Assembly (NCBI GenBank): GCA_963662585.1
Contig: OY759729.1
Coordinates: 1,728,001 to 1,792,000, forward strand
Source of the DNA: Candidatus Cloacimonadales bacterium
Lineage (GTDB): Bacteria > Cloacimonadota > Cloacimonadia > Cloacimonadales > JAFGVF01
Direction: 5' to 3'
DNA length: 64,000 nt
Below are positions 51,097-60,947 of this stretch, piece after piece. The translations under genes and the position numbers were made by a program. The notes under the pieces were generated by a model that worked only from the letters and a program-made list of their open reading frames with translations, ran no database searches and was not told the DNA's origin. The stretch's first letter is position 1. Each line of letters begins with the position of its first letter.

Positions 51097-52357
51097 AAGT
51101 ACCAAAATTACAAAACTTCTTCCGCATGTTAAAAATTTTTCGTTTTACTTATTAGCTACGATTGTTAATACGGTATTAATGTTAGCCATAAATCCTTTTT
51201 TGGCCAAAAATCTATCTCATGAGGATTATGCTATTATTGGTTATCATCAATCATTTCAAATATTGCTTTTGCCACTTTTAAATTTTACTCTAACAAATTA
51301 TTATTTAAGACATTACTACTTAACTCCAGAAAATAGAAGAGGGATTTTAAAAGATACTATCATGAAAATGATCATGATTTGGGGTAGTATTACTATGGTT
51401 ATCTGTTATATATTTTTCTACTTCTTTTTTAAAGTTAAGAATGTTGAAATTCCATTTTCTCCCTATTTCTTATTTACATTATTGACTGTGTATGCTAATA
51501 ATTTTGTATCAATGCAACAAATTGAATATAGACTAACAAAAAAAGCAGTAAGTTATTTTTATCTTACAATTGGATTGAGATTGCTAGTTATATTTAGTTC
51601 AGTTGTGTTAGTAATTATATTCCCCTTAGGTGCTTTTGGGCGAATGTTAGCAATTGTCGGATGTACGGGCGTCTATGGTTTTTTTAGTATAAGAAAAATG
51701 TATAGTGGTAATAAGTTAGATTTGACAATTGTAAAAGATGCTTTGAAATTCTGTTGGCCACTAGCTCTTTCGGCGTTTCTTTGGTATTTTTTGAGCGGTG
51801 TTGATAGAGTGTTTTTGGAAGAGCTGAAAGATGTAAATAGTATGGCTTTATATAACATAGCAGCAGGTCTTACTGTTAAATTAGCAATTTTTTACACAGC
51901 CTTAGCACAGACCATGGAACCAGATATTTATAAATCAATCGCAGCTAAAAGATATAGAAGATTAGCTTTTATAGCTATAGGTTTAATACTGCTAAATGCT
52001 ATTCCAAATTTGATTTTTATACTATTGGCTAAGCCGGTGATTAGTTTACTTACTGCAGGTAGGTATGTCGATGCAACAAGTTTTGCAAGAATATTGGTTT
52101 TCAAAAATATAACAATGTCACTATATTACACAGTTATTATGATTATAGTAGGGTTGGGATTCACTAAGTCTGAATTAATGAATAGGTTGTTCGGTGCAAT
52201 TATTAGTTTTTTCATGTTTAAAATACTAATAAATAATTATGGATATTATGGGGCAGCTTGGGGACAGAGTTTATCTTTTTTAGTAATGACTTTAATTGGT
52301 ATTGTTTTTATTATATTTAATAAAAAGAAAATGCTTGCATCTAATAAATCACAATAA
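51086..52357 (+). CDS. wzx: Second Wzx-type flippase
   Basis: Multi-TM; VDRVFL, YGAAW. Confidence 0.8.
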   Translation: MMFKSTKITKLLPHVKNFSFYLLATIVNTVLMLAINPFLAKNLSHEDYAIIGYHQSFQILLLPLLNFTLTNYYLRHYYLTPENRRGILKDTIMKMIMIWGSITMVICYIFFYFFFKVKNVEIPFSPYFLFTLLTVYANNFVSMQQIEYRLTKKAVSYFYLTIGLRLLVIFSSVVLVIIFPLGAFGRMLAIVGCTGVYGFFSIRKMYSGNKLDLTIVKDALKFCWPLALSAFLWYFLSGVDRVFLEELKDVNSMALYNIAAGLTVKLAIFYTALAQTMEPDIYKSIAAKRYRRLAFIAIGLILLNAIPNLIFILLAKPVISLLTAGRYVDATSFARILVFKNITMSLYYTVIMIIVGLGFTKSELMNRLFGAIISFFMFKILINNYGYYGAAWGQSLSFLVMTLIGIVFIIFNKKKMLASNKSQ

Positions 52358-52377
52358 ATATTATAAAAAGAGGAATT

Positions 52378-53307
52378 ATGTTAAATATTGCACCTGTTTT
52401 ACTTATTGGTTTTAACAGACCAGAGATAATAAAGCAGTCATTTGCTAGAATTCGTGAAGTCAAACCTTCAAAACTCTATATTGCTATAGATGGACCTAGA
52501 TCTGAAGTGGAAAATGAAAAAGACTTAGTTGAACAGGTGAAAAAAGAAGTTTCACTTGTTGATTGGGACTGTGAGGTTCATTATAAATACAATGAAACAA
52601 ATAAAGGAGCTGAAGTTACAGTTTCTTCCGCAATAAGCTGGGTTTTAAAAGAAGAAGAATTTGTTATAATTATCGAAGATGATGTTATAGCCTCAAAGGC
52701 CTTTTTTCAATTTGCTGAGGAGATGTTAGTAAAATATAAAGATGTACCTAGGGTATCATCGATTACTGCTTCGAATTTTACTCCTATACCATTTCCCGAT
52801 AATACAGATTATTGTTTTGCTAAATATGGCCATAGCGGTGGAGGTTGGGCTACTTGGAAAAGACAATGGAATAACTTTGATTTAAATATTGAAATAAAAA
52901 AAGAACATCTACAAAAGAGATTCTTAAGTACAATTTGTAACAGTGAAAAAGAAGCAAAATATTATCAGAATTTATTTAAAATTATGAGGAAAAAGGGAAT
53001 TGGAAACAACACCTGGGATGTTATAGGTTTATACAATTCTCGTGTAAATGATAAGTTATCAATAATTCCGAGAGTTAATTTATCTTCAAATATTGGAATT
53101 TATGGATATCATGCTTCCGGAAAGACAGCTTTTCATTATATGGAGTATGATGATAATTTTATTGTAAATAAACATCCTAAAGAAGTGAAATGTTTTACTG
53201 AATATGATAAACATCATTTTGAAGAATACATTTGCCAAAAGAAAAGAAATATATTATATCGAATAATGCGAAAATTTAACCGGATGATAAAAGGAAATAA
53301 TAAATGA
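52378..53307 (+). CDS. GT-A fold nucleotide-diphospho-sugar transferase
   Basis: FNRP, DGPR, IIEDD, GWATW, TWD, NIG. Confidence 0.8.
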   Translation: MLNIAPVLLIGFNRPEIIKQSFARIREVKPSKLYIAIDGPRSEVENEKDLVEQVKKEVSLVDWDCEVHYKYNETNKGAEVTVSSAISWVLKEEEFVIIIEDDVIASKAFFQFAEEMLVKYKDVPRVSSITASNFTPIPFPDNTDYCFAKYGHSGGGWATWKRQWNNFDLNIEIKKEHLQKRFLSTICNSEKEAKYYQNLFKIMRKKGIGNNTWDVIGLYNSRVNDKLSIIPRVNLSSNIGIYGYHASGKTAFHYMEYDDNFIVNKHPKEVKCFTEYDKHHFEEYICQKKRNILYRIMRKFNRMIKGNNK

Positions 53308-53999
53308 AAGCAGTAATATTAGCAGGTGGCTTAGGTACAAGATTAAAACCTTTTACAGAGATAATACCCAAACCATTATTACCAATTGGCGAAAAATCAG
53401 TACTTGAGATCCAAATAGAAGCATTAAAAAAACACGGATTTGATGAAATATACCTAGCAACAAATTATAAATCTGAGTATATTGCTAATTTCTTTGGAGA
53501 CGGATCAAACTTTGGGGTAAAATTATCCATAAGTAAAGAGACTAAACGACTTGGAACGGTCGGTCCTCTTACCCTATTAAAAGATGTTCTTACAGAACCC
53601 TTTTTAATGATGAATGGAGATATTTTAACCCTACTAGATTATAAAAAAATGTATGACTATGCCCTGGAAAAAGAGACAGTTCTTACCATAGGTATTAAGG
53701 AAATAGTTACACCTTTCCAGTTTGGGAACATATTTTATGATGGTGATTATGTTACAGGTATAGAAGAGAAACCAAATATTAGAACAAAAATTCTAGCGGG
53801 TGTGTATATTTTCAAACCCGATATTTTTAACTGGGTTCCTGATGATACATATTATGGGATGGATACCCTTATTGAAACAATGATTGAACAGCAAGAGAAG
53901 ATTGCAAAATATGAAATCAACGAATATTGGTTAGATATAGGGCAAGTTGCTGATTATGAGAAAGCCCAAGAGATATATAAAGAAAAATTTCAGGAATAA
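53304..53999 (+). CDS. Sugar-phosphate nucleotidyltransferase
   Basis: LAGGLGTRLKP, PKPLLP, NGD, EEKP, WLDIG. Confidence 0.9.
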   Translation: MKAVILAGGLGTRLKPFTEIIPKPLLPIGEKSVLEIQIEALKKHGFDEIYLATNYKSEYIANFFGDGSNFGVKLSISKETKRLGTVGPLTLLKDVLTEPFLMMNGDILTLLDYKKMYDYALEKETVLTIGIKEIVTPFQFGNIFYDGDYVTGIEEKPNIRTKILAGVYIFKPDIFNWVPDDTYYGMDTLIETMIEQQEKIAKYEINEYWLDIGQVADYEKAQEIYKEKFQE

Positions 54000-54001
54000 A
54001 T

Positions 54002-55102
54002 ATGGAAAAAGTGAATGTTTTAGTAATTGGAGCTGGGGTCGTAGGTTTAGCTATAGCTGAAGAACTTTCTAAAACGGTAGAAGACGTTGTTGTTTTAGAA
54101 TCAGAAAGATCTTTTGGAAGGCATACTAGTAGTCGTAATAGTGAAGTAATTCACTCAGGAATATATTACCCTAAAGATTCTTTAAAAGCTAAAATGTGCG
54201 TTAAGGGTGCGAAAACTCTTTATGAGTATGCCGATACCCATAGTATTCCCTATAATAAATGTGGTAAACTTATCGTAGCTAATTGTGATGAAGAATACAA
54301 ACAATTAGAAAAGCTTCTAGAAATAGGAATAAATAATGGGGTGGAAGGATTAAAAATAATAGAACAAGCTGAGATAAATAAAATTGAGCCACTAATCAAA
54401 GCAACAAAAGCACTTTATGTAACAAACACAGGAATAATTAATACTCACCTGTTAATGGAAAAGATAGAAGAGAATATTGAAGAAAATGGTGGGTTTGTAA
54501 TTTATGATTCTGAAGTGAAGGAAATCAAAAAAGTAGCTGAGGGCTATGAAGTTATAAGTGGGGACGGCGAGACATATCTCACAAAGTACTTGGTTAACTC
54601 AGCTGGTTTATGTTCAGATAAAATTGCAGAGCTAGTGGGTATCGATACTAAAAGCAATAATATTGAATTACATCTCTGCAAAGGTGAATACTATAAAGAT
54701 AATTCAATAAAAAACATTAATCATTTAATATACCCAGTACCTGATCCTCAAGGTATATTCCTAGGAATTCACCTCACGATTAATTTAAACAATGAAGTGC
54801 GATTTGGACCAAATGCTTACTATTTAGGTGATATAGATTATAAAAATGATGAAAGATATAAGACTGATTTTCTGCAAGCTATAAGTAGGTATATGGATAT
54901 TAATCCTGCTAATTTACATTTTGATGATTGTGGGATAAGACCTAAATTACAAGGACCAAATGATGGTTTTAGAGATTTCTATATTGAAGAAGAGACTGAA
55001 AAAGGATTTCCAAAATTTATAAATTTGATTGGGATTGAATCACCTGGGCTTACATCGTGTTTGGCTATAGCGGAATATGTGAGGAAGATGTTGAATCGTT
55101 GA
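54002..55102 (+). CDS. FAD-dependent oxidoreductase, L-2-hydroxyglutarate oxidase (LhgO)-like
   Basis: GAGVVG, TSSRNSEVIHSGIYY, KGEY, LIYPVP, GIRPK, GIESPGLTS. Confidence 0.88.
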   Translation: MEKVNVLVIGAGVVGLAIAEELSKTVEDVVVLESERSFGRHTSSRNSEVIHSGIYYPKDSLKAKMCVKGAKTLYEYADTHSIPYNKCGKLIVANCDEEYKQLEKLLEIGINNGVEGLKIIEQAEINKIEPLIKATKALYVTNTGIINTHLLMEKIEENIEENGGFVIYDSEVKEIKKVAEGYEVISGDGETYLTKYLVNSAGLCSDKIAELVGIDTKSNNIELHLCKGEYYKDNSIKNINHLIYPVPDPQGIFLGIHLTINLNNEVRFGPNAYYLGDIDYKNDERYKTDFLQAISRYMDINPANLHFDDCGIRPKLQGPNDGFRDFYIEEETEKGFPKFINLIGIESPGLTSCLAIAEYVRKMLNR

Positions 55103-55192
55103 TTTGTTGAATTGTTTAATTGAGAGAGTCAAACACGAAAACACAAATAGGAAAAGATGTTTAACTGTTGATTTGTTTAATCGTTTAATTGA
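55088..55192. repeat. Two orphan 8-mer-periodic tracts (TTGTTTAA/TTGTTGAT)
   Basis: 55088-55123 (contains the stop of the upstream CDS) and 55157-55192; both match the left flank of the gene at 56370. Confidence 0.8.
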
Positions 55193-55330
55193 AAGATATT
55201 AACAACAAAAACGAAAAATAAAAAATTAATTATAGCCTTGTTTTCGGCTTAGTTTGTCAGTGTTAATTTATGAACAATAAGTATAGAGAAGAAAAAATAT
55301 AAACATAATATACATAAAAGGAGCTTAACA

Positions 55331-56305
55331 ATGGAAAAAGTATTAATTACTGGTGCTGCAGGTTATATTGGTTCTGTCTTGGTGAATCAATTACTCAGTG
55401 ATAATAAAAAAGTTATAGCCTTTGATATTTTAAATTTTGGTGGCGAATCACTTCTTTCAGTGTATAACCATCCAAATTTTACTTTTGTTAGAGGTGATGT
55501 AAGAGTTAAAGAAGATTATGAAAAACTTTTAGATCAAGTTGATTCTGTAGTTCATCTTGCTGCAATAGTTGGAGACCCTGCTTGTTCTAAGTTACCAGAA
55601 ATTGCTACTGCAACAAACTGGGAAGCTTCAAAAGAACTATTTGATTTATGTAATAAGAAGGAAAATATTAAGAGATTTGTTTTTGCTTCAACTTGTAGCA
55701 ATTATGGAAAAATGGAAGGTAATGACTTTTTAAATGAAGAGTCTCCCTTGAACCCTGTTTCTCTTTATGCAAAATTAAAAGTTAAATTTGAAAAGCATCT
55801 TTTAGAGAGCGAAATTAGAGAAGATTTTGTCCCAACTGCTTTAAGATTTTCTACTGTTTATGGAATCTCTCCAAGAATTAGATTTGATTTAACAGTAAAT
55901 GAATTTGTTAGAGAACTATCTTTTGATAGAGAATTGGTGATATTCGGAGAGCAATTTTGGAGACCATATTGCCATGTTGAAGATCTTGCCAGAGCTTGTG
56001 TTCTTGTTTTAAAATCAGACCCAAAATTAGTAAGACAAGATGTCTTTGGTGTTGGTGATAGTAATGAAAATTATCAAAAGAAAATGTTAGCAGAGATAAT
56101 GCAAGACATTATTCCTAATAGTAAGATTAAGTATGTAAAGAGAGATGAAGATCCAAGAGATTACAGAGTTGAATTCTCAAAAATAGCGAATAAATTAGGA
56201 TTTAAAATAACAAAAAGAGTTCCTGATTCAGTAGAAGCAATCCATAAACTGCTTAAATCAGGGGTATTGATAGATCCGTGGGGTAAGAAATACCAGAATA
56301 TCTAA
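55331..56305 (+). CDS. NAD-dependent epimerase/dehydratase
   Basis: TGAAGYIG, HLAAIVGDP, STCSNYG, YAKLK, RFDL. Confidence 0.9.
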   Translation: MEKVLITGAAGYIGSVLVNQLLSDNKKVIAFDILNFGGESLLSVYNHPNFTFVRGDVRVKEDYEKLLDQVDSVVHLAAIVGDPACSKLPEIATATNWEASKELFDLCNKKENIKRFVFASTCSNYGKMEGNDFLNEESPLNPVSLYAKLKVKFEKHLLESEIREDFVPTALRFSTVYGISPRIRFDLTVNEFVRELSFDRELVIFGEQFWRPYCHVEDLARACVLVLKSDPKLVRQDVFGVGDSNENYQKKMLAEIMQDIIPNSKIKYVKRDEDPRDYRVEFSKIANKLGFKITKRVPDSVEAIHKLLKSGVLIDPWGKKYQNI

Positions 56306-56317
56306 ATCCTGATAGGA

Positions 56318-56863
56318 TTGTTTAACTGTTGATTTGTTTAATTGTTTAATTGAAAAAGAAGGATACAATATGGGCTATATGTTTTCTTTTGAAAGATTGG
56401 AAACATGGCAACTATCTAAAAGATTTGTTATACAAATATATAAAATTACAGACCAGTTTCCAAATAATGAGAAATTTGGATTAGTATCACAGATAAACAG
56501 AGCAGCAGTTTCTGTTCCTTCAAATTTAGCAGAAGGAACTTCTAGAACTTCTTCAAAAGATCAAGCACACTTATCGCAGTTAGCTTTTAGTTCTTTAATG
56601 GAAGTTATTTGTCAGCTCAGTATTGCTCATGAGTTAAAGTTTATTAAGCAAGAAGATTATTATAACCTTAGAAAACTAGCTGAAGAAATCTCAAACAAGA
56701 TTAACTCTTTACGAAACTATCAATTAAACAGTTAGAAACATCAACAGTTCAACATTAAATTAGACAATATGCAGGCAAAGCCAACTAAACTCTAAACAGT
56801 TTAACAAAGTGGCTGATTAATAAGCTATCAATTAAACAACTAAACAAATCAACGATTAAACAA
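56318..56863. mobile_element. Four-helix-bundle gene bracketed by inverted 8-mer-periodic tracts
   Basis: 56318-56352 and 56829-56863 are reverse complements at 32/35 positions; extra tracts at 56720-56805. Confidence 0.65.
56370..56735 (+). CDS. Four helix bundle protein (23S rRNA IVS-protein/Avd-like family)
   Basis: FERLETWQ, FPNNEKFGLVSQINRAAVSVPSNLAEG, SLME; start ATG 56370 or 56379. Confidence 0.95.
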   Translation: MGYMFSFERLETWQLSKRFVIQIYKITDQFPNNEKFGLVSQINRAAVSVPSNLAEGTSRTSSKDQAHLSQLAFSSLMEVICQLSIAHELKFIKQEDYYNLRKLAEEISNKINSLRNYQLNS

Positions 56864-56872
56864 GGTCATTAT

Positions 56873-58048
56873 ATGTTAAAGTATCAAGAAGTTATAAATT
56901 TTATCCGTGATATCTATGGAACAAACGATTTCATCCCTCTTCATGAGCCTCGTTTTTGGGGTAATGAAAAGAAATACTTGGAAGAGTGTATTGATTCTAC
57001 CTTTGTCTCCTCTGTGGGGAAATTTGTAGATCAAATAGAATCAGAGATTGCTAAATATACTGGAGCTAAGAAGGCTATCGCTGTGGTGAATGGAACTGCG
57101 GCTTTACACATAGCTCTAAAATTAGTAGGAGTAGAGCCTGATACTGAGGTGATTACTCAACCACTTACTTTTATTGCTACTGCTAATGCTATTTCATATT
57201 GTGGAGCAAAGCCTATTTTCTTAGATGTTGATAGAGATACTATGGGATTATCTCCATTAGCGTTAAAGAAATTTTTCGAAAACGAAACAGAAATTAACAA
57301 ATCAACAAATAAACGAATCAACAAATCAACAAAAAAAGAAATTACTGCTTGTGTTCCAATGCATACCTTTGGTCATGCTTGTAGAATAGACGAAATAGTT
57401 GCTATCTGTGATGAGTATAATATTCCTGTTGTGGAAGATTCTGCTGAATCAATAGGAAGTCATTATAAGGGAAAACATACAGGTACTTTTGGGAAGATAG
57501 GTGTCTTAAGCTTTAATGGTAATAAGACTATCACTTCTGGTGGTGGTGGGATGATTATAACTGATGATGAAGATTTGGCTAAACTCGCAAAGCATCTAAC
57601 AACTACTGCAAAGATCCCTCATAAATGGGAATACAGGCATGATTATGTTGGTTACAACTACCGTATGCCTAATATTAATGCTGCACTTGCTTGTGCTCAA
57701 TTAGAGCAATTAGATGGCTTTATTGAGAAGAAAAGAGATTTAGCAAAGAGATACTCTGAATTTTTTTTAGATCAACAAATCAACAAATCAACAAATCAAC
57801 CGCAGTTTTTTTTTGAACCCAAAAACAGCCTATCAAATTATTGGCTCAATGTTGTAATTTTAGAAAATAGGGAAGAGAGAGATTTATTTTTGAAAGAAAC
57901 TAATGAAAATGGTGTAATGACAAGACCTATTTGGACATTAATGAATAAATTAGAGATGTTTAGAGATTGCTACACTGATGGATTAGAAAACGCTGAGTGG
58001 TTGGAAGATAGAGTCGTTAATATATTAAGTTCAGTAATTCATGGATAG
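56873..58048 (+). CDS. LegC-family (DegT/DnrJ/EryC1/StrS) aminotransferase
   Basis: IPLHEP, STFVSSVG, NGTAALH, EDSAE, SFNGNKTITSGGGG, GYNYRMPN. Confidence 0.9.
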   Translation: MLKYQEVINFIRDIYGTNDFIPLHEPRFWGNEKKYLEECIDSTFVSSVGKFVDQIESEIAKYTGAKKAIAVVNGTAALHIALKLVGVEPDTEVITQPLTFIATANAISYCGAKPIFLDVDRDTMGLSPLALKKFFENETEINKSTNKRINKSTKKEITACVPMHTFGHACRIDEIVAICDEYNIPVVEDSAESIGSHYKGKHTGTFGKIGVLSFNGNKTITSGGGGMIITDDEDLAKLAKHLTTTAKIPHKWEYRHDYVGYNYRMPNINAALACAQLEQLDGFIEKKRDLAKRYSEFFLDQQINKSTNQPQFFFEPKNSLSNYWLNVVILENREERDLFLKETNENGVMTRPIWTLMNKLEMFRDCYTDGLENAEWLEDRVVNILSSVIHG

Positions 58049-58053
58049 ATAAA

Positions 58054-58578
58054 ATGAAGAACAAATTTACTATGTGTGATATAAAATTTAGATGTTTGGA
58101 ACTTGAAGATGCTGAAAGATTATACTCTATTCATAATAATAAGTTGATAAAGGATTGTTATTCTGGTCATCCATTTCCTGTTAGTTTAGAAAGTACTCAA
58201 AAATGGATAAGAAGTGTTTCTGAACCAAACAATAAACTATCCCTCTTTGGAATAGAGGTAGAAGAGAAATTTGTTGGAATATGTGGTTTAAAAGGGATTA
58301 ATCATATAAATAGCAATGCTGAATTATTTATCTTTTTAGATCCTAACCAACAAGGTAAGGGGTTTGCAAGTTTAAGTGTCGCGAAATTACTTGATTTTGG
58401 TTTTAGTTCGTTGAACCTGAACAGAATATTTTTGCAGGTTCAAGCTGATAACACAAAAGCAATTAATTTATATACAAAAAATAAGTTTGTTGTTGAAGGC
58501 GAGTTACGTAAAGCAGTTTTTAAGAATAATAAATATATTAATGTTATTGTTATGGCTATCCTAAAAGAGGATTTTTAA
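58054..58578 (+). CDS. GNAT (RimJ/L-type) N-acetyltransferase
   Basis: QQGKGFA, LNLNRIFL, AINLY, EGELR. Confidence 0.88.
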   Translation: MKNKFTMCDIKFRCLELEDAERLYSIHNNKLIKDCYSGHPFPVSLESTQKWIRSVSEPNNKLSLFGIEVEEKFVGICGLKGINHINSNAELFIFLDPNQQGKGFASLSVAKLLDFGFSSLNLNRIFLQVQADNTKAINLYTKNKFVVEGELRKAVFKNNKYINVIVMAILKEDF

Positions 58579-59646
58579 ATGAATTATAGAATTTTATCAT
58601 CGAAAGATAAACAAGAATGGAATAAATACTTTGAATTATTACCAATTGAGCAACAAGATGTTTATTATACGCCAGAGTATCATCAATTATATGAAGAGAA
58701 TGGAGATGGCAAGGCTCAGTGTTTTTTATTTGAAGAAGATGGAAAGGTTGCTTTATATCCATACTTAATCAACTCGGTTAATGAACTTGGTTACCAATTC
58801 AATGAAGAGTATTTTGATATACAAGGGGCGTACGGATATAATGGAGTTGTTGCAAATTGCTATGATAGCGACTTTATAGATCGTTTCTTTAAAATATTTG
58901 ATGCATATTGTTTAAAAGAAAATATTATCGCTGAATTTACGCGATATAATCCAATACTTGAAAATCATGAATTTGAATCTAGGTTTGAACCGATATACGC
59001 ATTAGATAATGTTCTTATAGATATTTCTACTGATATTGATACCATCTGGAGAGAATCATTTGATAATGGGGTTCGTAAGGCTGTAAAAAAAGGAATCAGA
59101 AATGAGCTGGAATATATAAGTTTTCGCGGTGATGAAATTACTGATGATTTATTAAAAGCATTTTTAGATATTTATTATTCAACTATGGATAGAAATAACG
59201 CTAGTAATTTCTATTATTTTTCAGAAGATTATTTTTATCAAATGAAAAATTTAATTCCTGAAAGGATATTATTTAGTTTTGTGTTAAAAGATAAAAAAAT
59301 CATTTCAGTTGAGTTGAATTTACTAAATACTGCTAATTCTTATGGCTTTTTAGGTGGGACTCTTGCTGATTATTTTCAAATCTCTCCTAATAGCTTTTTA
59401 AGGTTTGAACTTATAAAAGATCTTAAAAAGAGAGGTATTCTGAATTATTCAATAGGGGGTGGCATCACTAAGAATGATTCTAAATATAAATATAAAAAAA
59501 GTTTTTCAAAGAATATTGAAAGCAAGTTTTTTATTGGAAAAAAAATTCATAATGAAAAGATATATAAACATGTGATAAATCAGTGGAAAAGTATTTATAG
59601 CAAAGAAGATAATAATAAATTATTAAGATATAGGGATGTTAAATGA
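58579..59646 (+). CDS. GNAT/FemAB-like acyl- or aminoacyl-transferase
   Basis: DVYYTPEY, YGYNG, EFTRYNP, TMDR, IGGG, YKKSF. Confidence 0.75.
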   Translation: MNYRILSSKDKQEWNKYFELLPIEQQDVYYTPEYHQLYEENGDGKAQCFLFEEDGKVALYPYLINSVNELGYQFNEEYFDIQGAYGYNGVVANCYDSDFIDRFFKIFDAYCLKENIIAEFTRYNPILENHEFESRFEPIYALDNVLIDISTDIDTIWRESFDNGVRKAVKKGIRNELEYISFRGDEITDDLLKAFLDIYYSTMDRNNASNFYYFSEDYFYQMKNLIPERILFSFVLKDKKIISVELNLLNTANSYGFLGGTLADYFQISPNSFLRFELIKDLKKRGILNYSIGGGITKNDSKYKYKKSFSKNIESKFFIGKKIHNEKIYKHVINQWKSIYSKEDNNKLLRYRDVK

Positions 59647-60854
59647 GGATCGCACTGATATGCCATTTTTCCAATAAGGAAGTTCAAAATATAATCAAAC
59701 CTTGGAAAAAAATAAATGAATTCGCTCCCTGGATTTCCTATTATATAGATGAATTTTGGAAACATCCTGAACATCATTTTTACATTATTTCCCCTCATCA
59801 GTGGTTAAAAAAAGACAAAATATATACTGAGGGGAATATAACGTTTTATTTGTTTAAATATGGGGTTCCATTAATAGGTAGAAGATGGCCTTTTACATTT
59901 GATTTAGATTATTATACTGGGTATAAAAAGAACATTAAAAAGGTAAAAAATTACATAGATGCTATAAACCCTGATGTCATTAATTTAATTGGCGCTGAGA
60001 ATCCATATTACTCTTCATCTATTATGCAATTTAAAGATAAGTATCCAGTTTTACTCACAATTCAGGGGTTTGTAGGTAGAGCAAGATTAGATTTTAAACT
60101 GACCAAGTATTGGAAGTATAGATTAGATTTAGAAAATTCGATAATATCTACATTTAATCATTTTTGTATCAGAACTGAGGAAATGTTTAATTACATAAAA
60201 ACTATTAACCCACAGGCAATAGCTTACAGGTTCAATTTTCCCACACCTTACGGTAAAATTCAGATAACAGAAAAAAAGAAAGAATATGATTTTGTGTTTT
60301 TTGCAAGAATTTCTAAAGAGAAGGGAATTTATGATTATCTTAATGCTATAAAAAATATTAAAAATAAGTTGCCGACAATAAAAGCGATTATAGTTGGCCC
60401 TTGCAGTATTAAAATGAAAAATAAAGTATTAGATTATATAAAAGCTAATAATATTCAAAATAATATTGAATTTATAGGATTTTTACCAAACCAACACGAG
60501 TTATTTGTGAAAATTAAAAGCGCTAAGATATCTGTTCTTCCAACATATAATGACTTGATTTCGGGAACTATTATTGAAAGTATGTTTCTCAGCTTACCAG
60601 TTGTTACATATAGAACAGGTAGCATTCCTGAGGTTAATAAGGATAGGGAAAATATTTTGATTTGTGAACAAGGTAATCAGCAAGCATTAGCTCAAGAAAT
60701 GTATAGGCTGTTAATGGATACTACACTGCAAGAAGAATTATCTTTATATGGTAAGGAGTGGGTTAGTGAAAGATATAATAATGAAAAAGCAATGTCAGGT
60801 TATTTCAAAGCATTAAAGCAGATAATCAAAGAATTTAAAAATAAAAGGAACTAA
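59643..60854 (+). CDS. GT4 glycosyltransferase
   Basis: ARISKEKG, GTIIESM, PVV, GSIPE. Confidence 0.85.
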   Translation: MRIALICHFSNKEVQNIIKPWKKINEFAPWISYYIDEFWKHPEHHFYIISPHQWLKKDKIYTEGNITFYLFKYGVPLIGRRWPFTFDLDYYTGYKKNIKKVKNYIDAINPDVINLIGAENPYYSSSIMQFKDKYPVLLTIQGFVGRARLDFKLTKYWKYRLDLENSIISTFNHFCIRTEEMFNYIKTINPQAIAYRFNFPTPYGKIQITEKKKEYDFVFFARISKEKGIYDYLNAIKNIKNKLPTIKAIIVGPCSIKMKNKVLDYIKANNIQNNIEFIGFLPNQHELFVKIKSAKISVLPTYNDLISGTIIESMFLSLPVVTYRTGSIPEVNKDRENILICEQGNQQALAQEMYRLLMDTTLQEELSLYGKEWVSERYNNEKAMSGYFKALKQIIKEFKNKRN

Positions 60855-60947
60855 ATGTGATACAAGAAACTCCAGTTTTACAAATTACTTTTAAGAGAAA
60901 CATTATTATTGATAAAATACATAAACAATATATGAAGTTATATACTA

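Noticed and set aside
41080..56735. Diversity-generating retroelement or true 23S rRNA intervening sequence
   Set aside because: Avd-like fold only; no reverse transcriptase, TR/VR pair or rRNA sequence seen in the window.
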